Below are positions 41,975-54,223 of a DNA stretch of 64,000 nt, piece by piece. Position 1 is the stretch's first letter. Each line of letters begins with the position of its first letter. Origin of the DNA: Macrostomum lignano (lineage: Eukaryota); NCBI GenBank assembly GCA_002269645.1, contig NIVC01001705.1:62001-126000 (forward strand). Direction: 5' to 3'. Both the position numbers and the translations under genes were made by a program. Below the pieces are notes generated by a model, which was not told where the DNA came from, did no database searches, and worked only from the letters and a program-made list of their open reading frames with translations.

Positions 41975-44900
41975 CTGGTTGTCATGGAGACAGCATGAGT
42001 GGGTATTATTTATTGCGAATTTAACATAGGATTTCTAGCTTATTTTTTGCCCCAAAATCCTACCTAAAATCTAACGAAACCTTGTTCACAATCCTGATTC
42101 CTGACTGAACCTTTCACGATCTTTTCACGATCCAATACCGAATCCCGTTCACGAATACCTTATTCACAATACCCCAGAATCCCATTCACAGCCCTTGAAT
42201 CTTATTCACAACCCACAGAATCCCATTCACAATCTCACAGAATGCCATTCACAATCTCACAGAATGCCATTCACAATCTCACAGAATGCCATTCACAATC
42301 TCACAGAATCCCATTCACAGTCTCACAGAATCCCATTCACAATCCCACAGAATCGCATTCACCATCTCACAGAATCGCATTCACAATCTCACAGAATCGC
42401 ATTTACAATCTCACAGAATCGCATTCACAATCTCACAGAATCGCATTCACAATCTCACAGAATCCCATTCACAATCTCAGAATGCCATTCACAACCTCAC
42501 AGAATGCCATTCACAATCTCACAGAATGCCATTCACAATCTCACAGAATCCCATTCATAGTCTCACAGAATCCCATTCACAATCTCACAGAATCCCATTC
42601 ACAATCTCACAGAATCCCATTCACAATCTCACAGAATCCCATTTACAATCTCACAGAATCCCATTCACCATCTCACAGAATCCCATTAACAATCTCACAG
42701 AATTCTATTTACAGACCCACAGAATCCCATTCACAATCTCACAGAATCCTATTCACAGACTCACAGAATCCCATTCACCATCTCACAGAATCCCATTCAC
42801 CATCTCACAGAATCCCATTCACAATCCCACAGAATCCCATCCACAATCTCACAGAATCCCATTCACAATCTTGCAAAGTTCTATTCACAGCTGCAGCCTC
42901 ACCTTGTAAATCCGGTACACGGCCACCACAGGAATAATTATGATGCTGATTGACCCGATCAGCCAGCCGAAGGCGATGGAACCCGGGGGGAATTTGTAGT
43001 TCTCCAGCACCGGATTAGTGAAGTTAGCGGCAATTGAGATCAGGATGAGCACAAGGGCCAGAGGGGTGACGCCGCACCACATCACGGTCCAGTAATGGCC
43101 GGGCTTGTAGCCCAGCATCAGCTCGATATCGGCCCGGAACCGGTGAATGCCGTACACGTAGCAGATCACAATTAGCTCGAATAGGGCAATTATGCACAAG
43201 GCGAAAGTGCCTGCGGAATTCGAATGTTTCTACTGATAGTAGTGCACAAGAGAATCTGGAGGACTCAGGATCAGAGTGTCTGGGATTTGGAATCAGAGAT
43301 TTTGGGATTTTGGATCAGAGATTCTGGGATTCGGGATCAGAGAATCTGGGACTCGGGATCAGAGAATCTGGGATTCGGGATCAGAAAATCTGGGATTCGG
43401 GATCAGAGAATCTGGGACTCGGGATCAGAGAATCTGGGACTCGGGATCAGAGAATCTGGGATTCGGGATAAGAGAATCTGGGACTCGGGATCAGAGAATC
43501 TGGGATTCGGGATCAGAGAATCTGGGATTCGGGATCAATCAGAGAATCTGGGATTCGGGATAAGAGAATCTGGGACTCGGGATCAATCAGAGAATCTGGG
43601 ATTCGGGATCAATCAGAGAATCTGGGATTCGGGATCAATCAGAGAATCTGGGATTCGGGATCAATCAGAGAATCTGGGATTCGGGATCAATCAGAGAATC
43701 TGGGATTCGGGATCAATCAGAGAATCTGGGATTCGGGATCAATCAGAGAATCTGGGATTCGGGATCAATCAGAGAATCTGGGATTCGGGATCAATCAGAG
43801 AATCTGGGATTCGGGATCAATCAGAGAATCTGGGATTCGGGATCAATCAGAGAATCTGGGATTCGGGATCAATCAGAGAATCTGGGATTCGGGATCAATC
43901 AGAGAATCTGGGATTCGGGATCAATCAGAGAATCTGGGATTCGGGATCAATCAGAGAATCTGGGATTCGGGATCAATCAGAGAATCTGGGATTCGGGATC
44001 AATCAGAGAATCTGGGATTCGGGATCAATCAGAGAATCTGGGATTCGGGATCAATCAGAGAATCTGGGATTCGGGATCAATCAGAGAATCTGGGATTCGG
44101 GATCAATCAGAGAATCTGGGATTCGGGATCAATCAGAGAATCTGGGATTCGGGATCAATCAGAGAATCTGGGATTCGGGATCAATCAGAGAATCTGGGAT
44201 TCGGGATCAATCAGAGAATCTGGGATTCGGGATCAATCAGAGAATCTGGGATTCGGGATCAATCAGAGAATCTGGGATTCGGGATCAATCAGAGAATCTG
44301 GGATTCGGGATCAATCAGAGAATCTGGGACTCGGGATCAGAGAATCTGGGACTCGGGATCAATCAGAGAATCTGGGACTCGGGATCAGAGAATCTGGGAC
44401 TCGGGATCAGAGAATCTGGGACTCGGGATCAGAGAATCTGGGACTCGGGATCAGAGAATCTGGGACTCGGGATCAGAGAATCAGGGACTCGGGATCAGAA
44501 AATCTGGGAATCGGGATCAGAGAATCTGGGACTCGGGATCAGAGAATCCGGGATTCGGGATCAGAGAATCTGGGACTCGGGATCAGAGAATCCGGGACTC
44601 GGGATCAGAGAATCTGGGACTCGGGATCAGAGAATCCGGGACTCGGGATCAGAGAATCTGGGACTCGGGATCAGAGAATCCGGGACTCGGGATCAGAGAA
44701 TCTGGGACTCGGGATCAGAGAATCTGGGACTCGGGATCAGAGAATCTGGTATGAGAATTTATAGATATGAGGCGACAACTCACCGATAAACCAGTCGAAT
44801 ATGGTGAAGATATAAATTCCGCCCTGGGTGATGAGCGGCAGGCCCAGAAGGAACTCCACCATGCACATCAGGCCCACAAACGGAGTCTTGTATTTGCGCA

Positions 44901-47900
44901 GGTAGCGAGGAAACTCGTCCACAAACGAGGACGTCATTGTCTCGAACATGCCGAACTGCGAGTCCAGCCCGATGGTGATCAGCATCAGGAAGAACAGGAT
45001 GGCCCAGAGCGGGGCGACTGGCATTTGGGCGATGGCCTCGGGGTAGGCCACGAATACCAAGCCGGGGCCTGCGGGATGGGCACGGGATCCACTCTGTCTA
45101 CTTTCCACTGTCTACTTTCCACTGTCTACTTTCCACTGTCTACTTTTCTCTCTGTTTACTTTCTTATGTCTACTTTTCCCTCTTCTACTTTCTTCTGTAT
45201 ACTTTCCGTTGTCTACTTTCTTGTCTACTTTCCACTGTCTACTCTTCGCATTGTCTACTTTCCACTATCTACTCTTCGCATTGTCTACTTTCCACTGTCT
45301 ACTTTTCGCATTGTCTACTTTCCTCTGTCAACCGTCTTGAATTTTGCTTACTAAAACTCATGTAAGCTAAGCAACAGACAGAATGCAACAACAGATGGAA
45401 CGCACCTTTGTCGACCACATCACTCACTTCTTTGCCAGTCTTGTGCGCCATAAAGCCCACAACGGCAAAGATGACAAAGCCGCCAAAGATTGAGGTCAGG
45501 CAGTTCACGATAGGAACGACTATGGCATCTCGGTAGCAGTTGTTCTTAAACTTGTTGAAGCTGGACATAGTGATGAGGCCGCCCCAGGCTGGGCCCAGTG
45601 CGAAAAACACCTGCAGAGCGGCTTCATGCCAGATCTCCAGATTTGCTAGCTTACTCCAAACCGGGGTGATGTAGAATCGGATGCCTTCCCAGCTTCCAGG
45701 TAGCATGCAGTTGCGGACCATCAGGATAGCCAGGAACAGGTAGGGAGATGTGGCCGTGACGTACACCACCTTGCCGACTGACTTGACACCTGCGGATAAG
45801 CGATTAAAGCAGTTCGAATTTTATCCCCGATTTCTGCATTTATCCTATTTGTTACTACTTTATCCCAATTATCCCAAAGTTATCGTATTTATCCCAGTGA
45901 TACCCCTCTTATCCCCATCATTCCCAAATTATACCTATCTTATCCCACTTATCCCATTCTATTCTATCCCAATTATCCCCATCCTATCCCATTTATCCCC
46001 ATCTTATCCCAATTATCCCCATCCTATCCCATTTATCCCCATCTTATCCCAATTATCCCCATCCTATCCCATTTATCCCCATCCTATCCCATTTATCCCC
46101 ATCTTATCCCAATTATCCCCATCCTATCCCATTTATCCCCATCTTATCCCAATTATCCCCATCCTATCCCATTTATCCCCATCTTATCCCAATTATCCCC
46201 ATCCTATCCCATTTATCCCCATCTTATCCCATTTATCCCCATCCTATCCCATTTATCCCCATCTTATCCCAATTATCCCCATCCTATCCCATTTATCCCC
46301 ATCTTATCCCAATTATCCCCATCCTATCCCATTTATCCCCATCTTATCCCATTTATCCCCATCCTATCCCACTTATCCCCATCTTATCCCATTTATCCCC
46401 ATCCTATCCCACTAATCCCCATTCTATCCCATTTATCCCTATTATCATATCCAATCTATCCCATCCTACCTTATTTATCCCCATTTGATCCCATTTATCT
46501 CAATTCTATCACATTTATCCTATGATACCTCATTTATCCCCATTCCGATTTATCCCAATTCTATCGAAAACACATCACATTGATAAATTTTCAACCATGG
46601 ATGACCAGGCATTAACATCTATTGTTGAGTTGTTAAACTTTCGCGCATCAGCTACCAGGCTATTTTAAACTTTTAAAACTTCAAACAAAAATGCGACCGT
46701 TGAAGATCACTGACTGAGACTTATAATTTTCACCCCAGGAATTGCAGTCAACTTATCAGATTGAACCGAATTTCGGGCTAAAGAATTATTGGCCAACTTC
46801 CGGAGTTCAAACTAATTTGCCCGAATATAGTTCACGATTTGTTAAAACTTTGCCTGTCAGCTTAAAGTTGAAAGATTTCTAAATTTTCCATCAACTCCTA
46901 TTCGTGGAAAAAATCACAGATAACCCAAAAATTCCATTCTGAAAGGCTGTAAAATTTTGCAAGCGTCTTACGATTTTTAATTGACAATAAATGGCATAAA
47001 TTAAATGAGATAATGATTAATAATGAGACAGAATAGGTATAAATAAGATAGAATAGGTATAAATAAGATAGAATAGGGATAAATGGGATAGGATAGGGAT
47101 AAATGGGATAGGATAGGGATAAATGGGATAGGATAGGGATAAATGGGATAGGATGGGGATACATGGCATAGATGGGATAGGGTGGGGATACATGGCATAG
47201 ATGGGATAGGGTGGGGATACATGGCATAGATGGGATAGGATGGGGATACATGGCATAGATGGGATAGGGTGGGGATACATGGCATAGATGGGATAAAATG
47301 GGGATAAATGGGATAGGATGGGGATACATGGCATAGATGGGATAAATGGGATAGGATGAGGATAAACTCCCCATCAAGAGATTTGCCAACACCAGAAGCG
47401 GGAGTCAGGCACAGAAGCACACGGAGGACGAACTCACCCTTGCACAGGCAGGCGAAGATGAGAAGCCAGGCTCCGATCAGGGACAGCAGGAGGCCCCAGT
47501 GGATGCTGCCCAAATTGTCGATGCCATCGGATTGCTTCAGAACGCTGTACCTGTAGAAGAGATGGAATATCATTAGTGAGATGTCAATATGAAAATCGGT
47601 TACAGTAGTAGTGGTAAAAAACTCATATTTATTATGCCTATGGTTGGCATCCATCTTAGTTGCATGTCTATGGCCGAAACCCCTGACTTCTCACCTCCAG
47701 AATTCGTTGGACGAAGTCTGACTGTAATTAACATGCAACGGTGTGCTCGAATTGCACCTCGGATTTGCTGGCCAAGTGAAATTTGGCATCAATTGTTCCG
47801 TCAAGTTTCTCAAGTGTTCCTCAATTCGAGTCTCGGTGCAATTGCAGGTGTTGAAATCGTTGTCACACGAGTCCCAGGGAACTCTGGCGGCGAAACTCAG

Positions 47901-48775
47901 CACCAGGTAATAAATCACCCAGGTGAGAATGATATTGTAGTAGATGCAGACCAAGCCGCTGATGATTATCATGCCCCAGCCGACGCCCTTGAACAGGGGA
48001 CAGATATCCCACAGAGCAAGCGGTGACGCACCTGAAACTCGTGGTGTTAAAATTAGTCAATTTTTACACGTAGTAATTTATGCTTTTCGAAAGCATAGAG
48101 GGGGGGGGGGGCGGACAGCTTTGAGTCCATTTCCTGCTTTGTGCAATATGAATCCTACATGTGATTCGTCTGGTAGAATTGCACTTTGATTTATAGATAT
48201 AGCTCGGGTCAATAAAAGCTTGTTTTATGTTAGCAACAGTCTCTGCAGGTTAATAAATGAACTGCATGACCCTGAGACAGAAACAATACAAGGGGATCTG
48301 CGAGCATATTATAAATGATCAGACACTGACGTTCAGGATTTGGAAAACTTTGACAGCATAATCTTGAGTAACTAATTAGAAAAAATGATAATTTCATAGT
48401 TTGTCAAGTTGTCGGGGAAAATTGCCATCCAGCAATGATGCTATGATTATTACAACTGTCTTGTTACGATTTGTCAAGATGTCACTTGGCTAATAATCAT
48501 AGTCACGGCTACAGCAGGGATTTTATGCTGTAAACTTCCAAATTGCTATGCTAGAGAAAACTGCTGAGAGAAAGCAGAACAATCACAAAGCTCCATCGAG
48601 GCTTAAACGAAAACTGGCTCACGTTGACCTGACTGAAGTCAAGCAGTTCTGTGCAATCCAGAGACAGCCAGTTTAAAGCGGTTATTATTCGTAAAAATTT
48701 AAGCCTTTTCTTCTTGTTTTCGTGGGGTTGGGCGAGCATTTCCACAGATTTTCCGCAAGCTATACGAGCTAGGAG

Positions 48776-48827
<52 letters not shown>

Positions 48828-49787
48828 TCTCGTTCAGAGCAACTAAGATCGGAGCTCTCAAAAACTTCTAGAATATTTGTACACGGGTCACGAGTTTAGC
48901 GAGAGAAATGAAAAATTAGTGGGTGTTGAGAGAGTTTGCCTAAGACTTATTTATACCTCTCTTTGCCATCTTGCCTCTCTCTTCTACTTTTTCTCTCGCC
49001 TAAGCGCCAGAGGATTCGTATCTTCAAAATTGGTACACAAAATGATGAGAGTAGTCGGAACTGACACAGACATAGAGAGAGTAGAGACTGCCTGTCTGCA
49101 ACACATTTCCGACTAAAAATTTTATAAACTGATCTGCGATGTTGCGCGTGCCATCCACAAGAAAAAGACAACTGTTTAATAGGAGCATATATAGTGAATT
49201 ATGATAGCATTAATCTGAAACAGCGCATGTAGTTAATTACTGGGCACCGTTGCCTCACTGGTCAACTGCCCCCAGGGTGGCGGACGCGGCTTGCTGTCAG
49301 AGCTCTGCTGCCCAGCTGCGGGTCCAAACTCGGCTCAACTCTGACCGGCTCGACGCTCTCTGGCTGAAAATTTTGCAGCGAAATGAGGAGAGGAGAAACG
49401 GGCGCACCGATTGCTGCTCCTAGGGGAGATGAAGAGCTGCTAGAGAGAGGCTGGCAGGCGAATGGACAGGCAGACAGACAGACATCCAGACTGTCCAGCC
49501 AAGGAGTCCTTTATACATGAAAGTGACACAAGTCTGATTTTTCCTCAAGCGGGGGAAATTCGGGTCATTCAGCAAGCATGAGAAGTTCGCATATTTCCAA
49601 GCTGTATTCAAAGTGCCAGAGCTTATCAACGTTTTAAAAATGAAAATCGTCCATTTTTGCAATGCGAGCTAAAAATGTCAATCACATTTTTTACTTTTTC
49701 AGCTCCAACTAAACTATTAGTAACTGAATGACATGGATTGAGAGGAAAAATGGTCCTGTGTCACTTCCAAATAGGGAGGACTCCTTG

Positions 49788-49879
<92 letters not shown>

Positions 49880-50625
49880 CACAGACAGACGGACAACAGT
49901 CAGACACACAGACAGACAGACGAACAACAGACAGACACACAGACAGACAGACAACATACAGACAGACAGAAAGACAGACAGACAGACAGACGTAAAATCG
50001 TAGAGAGGACTCATAAATAGACAACAAAGCTGCTCACGTGTCTCTGCTTGCTTCGTAAAACAACTCTACCCAGTACGTTGTCGGAAATCTCGAACTTGAG
50101 AAAGCAAGAAGCAACAGGAATGACAGTAAATCAAATATTAAAAAATACACAAGCTTTAAAAATATCTGGGGAGCAGAACAATGTGCATGTAAATATATGA
50201 AAAACGTACACTTCTGCTCAGTTCCCTCTAAGTACATTTAGACTTATAGTGATTGGCTGACGAAATGGAAAGAATAAGGGGAGAGCGGAGCGGCGAACAG
50301 TGCAAGTCCAGCTAATTGAGTTTAGATTGAGAAGTTTAGATAAAGTCATTACTCAGACGAAATCAATTAGAATTGGATTAGAGTTATTAAAAATGAAAAA
50401 ACAACCACTGCGCCGAGAGGCCCCTCGGCGGCTGCTCACCCGAAAATTGTCCGATCGCCAGTTCGAGAAAGAACAGCGGCACTCCACAGATTGTCATGAA
50501 GACAATGTAGGGGATGAGGAATGCGCCGCCTCCGTTCTTGTAGCACAGGTAGGGAAACCTGAGGGGAGGCGGGTGGAGTGACTGTTATTTGTCTGCCTGT
50601 CTGCCTGTCTGTCTGTCTGTGTTAG

Positions 50626-50688
<63 letters not shown>

Positions 50689-50787
50689 GTCTGTGTGTCT
50701 GTGTCTGGATATCTCTCTGTCTGTCTGTCTGTCTGTCTTAGTGTCTGTCTTAGTCTTCGATTCTTATAGACTTAGTGTCTGTCTGTA

Positions 50788-50820
<33 letters not shown>

Positions 50821-51013
50821 TAGTGTCTGTCTTAGTGTCTGTCTGTCTTAGTGTCTTAATGTCTGTCTGTCTGTCTGTCTTAGTTTCCGTCTGTCTGTCT
50901 GTCTTAGTGTCCGTCTGTCTGTCTGTCTTAGTGTCTTAATGTCTGTCTTTCTGTCTGTCTGTCTGTCTTAGTGTCTCTCTGTCTTAGTGTCTTAATGTCT
51001 GTCTGTCTGTCTA

Positions 51014-51056
<43 letters not shown>

Positions 51057-51383
51057 TAGTGTCTGTCTGTCTGTCTTAGTGTCTGTCTGTCTGTCTGTCT
51101 GTCTGTGTCTGTCTGTCTGTCTGTCTGTGTCTGCTAGTCTATCTGTCCTGTCCAGTCCGTCTTACCTCCAGATGGAGCCGAAGCCCACCGCGTATCCCAC
51201 GCAGCTAAGGATGAAGTCCATGTGGTGCGGCCAGTGCTCCCGCGGCTCCACCAGCGAGTCCAGGGTGGCCATCGTGTAGGACGACTGGGCGATCGCGGCG
51301 ACATCGCGACAGTCGGAGTCGGCAGCCGGCAAGACAGCGTCGGGGTCCTCGTTAGCCGGGCCGGCCCCATCCTGTTTGCAGTT
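41744..51383 (-). CDS. SLC6 (sodium:neurotransmitter symporter) amino-acid transporter, glycine-transporter-like; exons 51383-51166, 50558-50440, 48031-47695, 47550-47438, 45789-45406, 45068-44784, 43210-42903, 41974-41744 (664 aa from these exons; start codon exon uncertain)
   Basis: Signatures [102 protein letters not shown]. All seven introns are GT-AG with compatible phases (2,1,2,1,1,1,0). Gly at the position of the monoamine-transporter TM1 Asp; Trp in TM6 as in GlyT1/GlyT2. Confidence 0.93.
42165..42870. repeat. 22-bp minisatellite (CACAGAATCCCATTCACAATCT)n in the last SLC6 intron
   Basis: Period 22 (42241, 42263). Confidence 0.95.
42903..43210 (-). CDS. SLC6 exon (TM10-TM12)
   Basis: Acceptor TTCCGCAG|GC; [18 protein letters not shown]...WCGVTP; donor AAG|GTGAGG. 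Confidence 0.92.
43265..44750. repeat. 22/26-bp minisatellite (GGGAYTCGGGATC[AATC]AGAGAATCT)n
   Basis: 26-bp homogeneous block ~43590-44320 flanked by 22-bp units. Confidence 0.96.
44784..45068 (-). CDS. SLC6 exon (EL4, TM8-TM9)
   Basis: Acceptor CCCGCAG|GC; [11 protein letters not shown]...GLDSQF; donor ATCG|GTGAGT. Confidence 0.93.
45095..45340. repeat. Degenerate ~14-bp repeat (TGTCTACTTTCCAC)n filling a short SLC6 intron
   Basis: Recurrent TGTCTACTTT motif. Confidence 0.85.
45406..45789 (-). CDS. SLC6 exon (TM5-TM7)
   Basis: Acceptor ATCCGCAG|GT; VKSVGKVVY...[12 protein letters not shown]...NCLTS; donor AAAG|GTGCGT. Confidence 0.93.
45830..46565. repeat. 20-bp minisatellite (CCCATTTATCCCCATCCTAT)n
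   Basis: Two alternating 20-bp variants, homogeneous ~45985-46410. Confidence 0.94.
47030..47368. repeat. Minisatellite reverse-complementary to the 45830-46565 array (ATAGGATRGGGATAAATGGG and a 29-bp derivative)
   Basis: Reverse complement of CCCATTTATCCCCATCCTAT is ATAGGATGGGGATAAATGGG, which matches these units. Confidence 0.9.
47438..47550 (-). CDS. SLC6 exon (end of EL2, TM4)
   Basis: Acceptor TCTACAG|G; [20 protein letters not shown]...CLCKG; donor AAGG|GTGAGT. Confidence 0.92.
47695..48031 (-). CDS. SLC6 exon (TM3, EL2)
   Basis: Acceptor GTTTCAG|GT; [14 protein letters not shown]...YYNII...[12 protein letters not shown]; donor GGAG|GTGAGA. Confidence 0.93.
48778..48822. repeat. (CT)n microsatellite
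   Basis: Dinucleotide run. Confidence 0.9.
49790..49992. repeat. (GACA)n microsatellite
   Basis: Tetranucleotide run, degenerate on the right. Confidence 0.93.
50440..50558 (-). CDS. SLC6 exon (TM1b-TM2), not captured by the ORF track
   Basis: Acceptor CCCCTCAG|G; [39 protein letters not shown]; donor TCGG|GTGAGC; 119 nt, phases 2 and 1. Confidence 0.95.
50590..51155. repeat. (TGTC)n microsatellite with CTTAG interruptions, filling an SLC6 intron
   Basis: Tetranucleotide run. Confidence 0.93.
51166..51383 (-). CDS. SLC6 exon (N-terminus, TM1a)
   Basis: Acceptor CCTTCCTTGCAG|AAC; [26 protein letters not shown]; donor GGAG|GTAAGA. Confidence 0.9.
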
Positions 51384-51549
51384 CTGCAAGGAAGGATTTG
51401 AGAATGAAGGGGGGGCGTAAGGAATCGCGATGCGAACGGGTGACGGATGAACTCGCGTAGCTCGGAGAAGTTAGTGACAGAAGCAAAAGATAAATAAGTG
51501 GCAGAAAAAGAAGTCTAAAAACAAGAAAGATAGTGTGCGAAATTGTAAC

Positions 51550-52075
51550 ACAAGAAAGAGGCGTGAGTGTGACAGAAGAAGGAAGCGTGAGTGTGACAGA
51601 AGAAGGAAGCGTGAGTGTGACAGAAGAAGTAAGCGTGAAAGTGTGACAGAAAGAAGTAAGCGTGAAAGTGTGACAGAAGAAGGAAGCGGGAGAGTGTAAC
51701 AGAAGAAGGAAGCGTGTGACAGAAGGAAGCTTGAAAGTGTGTCAGAAGAAGGAAGCGGGAAAGTGTGACAGAAAGAAGGAAGCTTGAAAGTGTGTCAGAA
51801 GAAGGAAGCGGGAAAGTGTGACAGAAAGAAGGAAGCTTGAAAGTGTGTCAGAAGAAGGAAGCGGGAAAGTGTGACAGAAAGAAGGAAGCGGGAAAGTGTG
51901 ACAGAAAGAAGGAAGCGGGAAAGTGTGACAGAAAGAAGGAAGCGGGAAGTGTGACAGAAAGAAGGAAGCGGGAAAGTGTGACAAAAGAAGGAAGCGTGTG
52001 ACAGAAGGAAGCGTGAAAGTGTGACAGATAGAAGGAAGCGGGTGACAGAAGGAGGCTTGAAAGTATGACAGAAAG
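51550..52075. repeat. ~27-bp minisatellite (AGAAAGAAGGAAGCGGGAAAGTGTGAC)n
   Basis: Imperfect tandem copies. Confidence 0.88.
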
Positions 52076-52639
52076 AAGTAATGCAAAGAAACAGTAAGCA
52101 CATCATACAACAGAATTAATTACCAAAATATTAATTTTGTTGCTACGGGCTAATTGCCGTGGAGTAGACAACACGACGTCAAGCTCTCAATTTCAGATGC
52201 CAAAAAATGAAATCAGTTGAACAATTAGGAAATGGTTTTGTGCATTCATGCATCTTGTGTGACCTTGGTGAAAAAAAAGTTGAAACTTTCTAGGTCATAA
52301 AAGGGACAAGAAGATTAGGGCGCAGCAACAACTGTTGTCTTTAATTGTTTGATGGTCGCAGCTGATATAGTATGTACCAACACATGTGATTCAATAGATA
52401 CAGCATTGCTATCCCCTGCGGTGCGATCTTGCCTGTCTCTGTGCTAGCAATTCCGCTTCCCACAAGGCCAACAGGGGGTGTCTGCAGATAGACAGACGAC
52501 TGTACTGTTGTAGAAGAAGAGAGCTTGGGGAGGGAGAGAGAGGGGGGGGGGTAAGGGGAGGCGAGTTGGTGGAAAGGAAAGGAGATGATGCTTGTGGAAA
52601 ATTCCAACAGCATTTTTATTTATTCCACTAAGGGCCCAC

Positions 52640-52702
52640 CCAGAAGGGGCAGGGGGAGCCTCCGCCTCCTCCATCCGCTGGGCCGTGTGTAGCGTGGGCC
52701 AT
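52640..52702 (-). CDS. Candidate SLC6 start exon (MAHATHGPADGGGGGSPCPFW)
   Basis: ATG in context GCAGCAACATGG; 21 codons; weak phase-0 donor TGG|GTGGGC compatible with the acceptor at 51383. An internal ATG in the next exon (MATLDS) is an alternative. Confidence 0.3.
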
Positions 52703-54223
52703 GTTGCTGCAACTGAATTCCAACGACTAAAAACTGTATTAGTGTGGTCCCCGATAATTCTGTAAGACTATAATTCTCATAAAATATCGATCATATATTA
52801 AGCAAAAAAAATTACAATTGTAAAACTCAGCTCTGCCGACAATAAAAAATATTGATATGCTTGTGCATTTTCTGCATAAAAAACCAGACAATTGCTTCTG
52901 CGTCAAGCACGAAAGAAGTTGCTGTTTACTATTCTTAGGGAGGGTGTTTAGACTGTTTATTTTGGTGTTTACTAAGCTTTGCCGCTTTGGAAACAATAAA
53001 CAGTCAAAAAAGACTGGAATAATGAAGCAAAACTTTTCAAGTTCAATTCAAACTTTTCTTACCTTTCTAGACCACAGGTCTGTGATGTACTTTTTCAACG
53101 GCATCGCGCGCAACTTTGCAACCTTTGCAAATCGTTTCTAACTCAATTTTTGTTCAGTTAAGGTTTCCAGGTTAAAGATAATTCAAAGAGGAAAGAAGTT
53201 TCGTGGCAGATTCAGCGTATTTATCAGTCTATAGTTAGCAAAACTGTCTAAAATACAACAGGGTGCGCACTGAGTACTGAGTGAATGGCGGTGGCGGGCC
53301 GAAGAACCCTGTTACTCCAGTTGCTTTAAATATGAAAAATTGCCAGACCGACACTATACCGCTCAGGCGCCTCCCCCCACCCACCCCTCCGCAAGCGCTG
53401 AAGAATCTTTGGGTCTTGCTCCCCACATGGGGCAGGAGGCAGAATAGAGAGAACTGCCTGCTGTGCGCTTGTGCCCGTCTGCACTGGGGGAGGGAGGGCG
53501 GCTGTTTGACCCTAAAAACTGCCAGCACCCCTCAGCCAATGAAATAGGCCGCTTGGCTCCTATTCAAGCTTGCACTGAGAATTATACTTGCCCCCCCCCC
53601 GGCCTAGAAAATACAAGCTGGAGAAAAGGAGAGAGAAAAGGGAGAGAGCGGAGGGAGGAGAGAGGATTGCGGGGTTGGGGAAGTTCAATGTGACGCATTT
53701 TTTCTGGGCTTGAGGAGACAGGCGGGACCCGCGATCACTCTCGCACGAAGGGAGCGCGGACAGGGTTGTGCGCACAGGGCTGGGCCTAAGTAAGAGAACA
53801 GGCAGGCTCTGTTGGAAATTTCCACAGGCGAACAAACAGGCGATTCCATATTGGGGGGCGGCTCAGCAAAGTAAAGAGATGGCAGATTTTTACCTTCATC
53901 CTCGCTTACCTCTCGTCCATTTGCTAAGCAGCTAAGACAGAACCTGCGCGCTGAGGCCCGCTACCTAACTTGCACTATTATCTAGTTTTTACCCGACTAA
54001 TTGTCCCTCGGATTCCCATCTCGTGAAAAAATCAATAAACTTTATTTGTGGGATTCCCCCACAGTTTGTTGTAAATGCATGCGTTTGCTAGATTAAAGCA
54101 ACAAATTTATCTGGAAATGACATGCAAGATCAAGTCGAATAGGTATTTAAGATATCAAAGCTGGCATGTTTGGGAGGCAGTTACATCAAGCATATCTATC
54201 ATGCATAATCATGCATACAGTAA

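Noticed and set aside
43224-44789. 521-aa repetitive ORF ([21 protein letters not shown])n antisense to SLC6
   Set aside because: Stop-free translation of the 22/26-bp intronic array.
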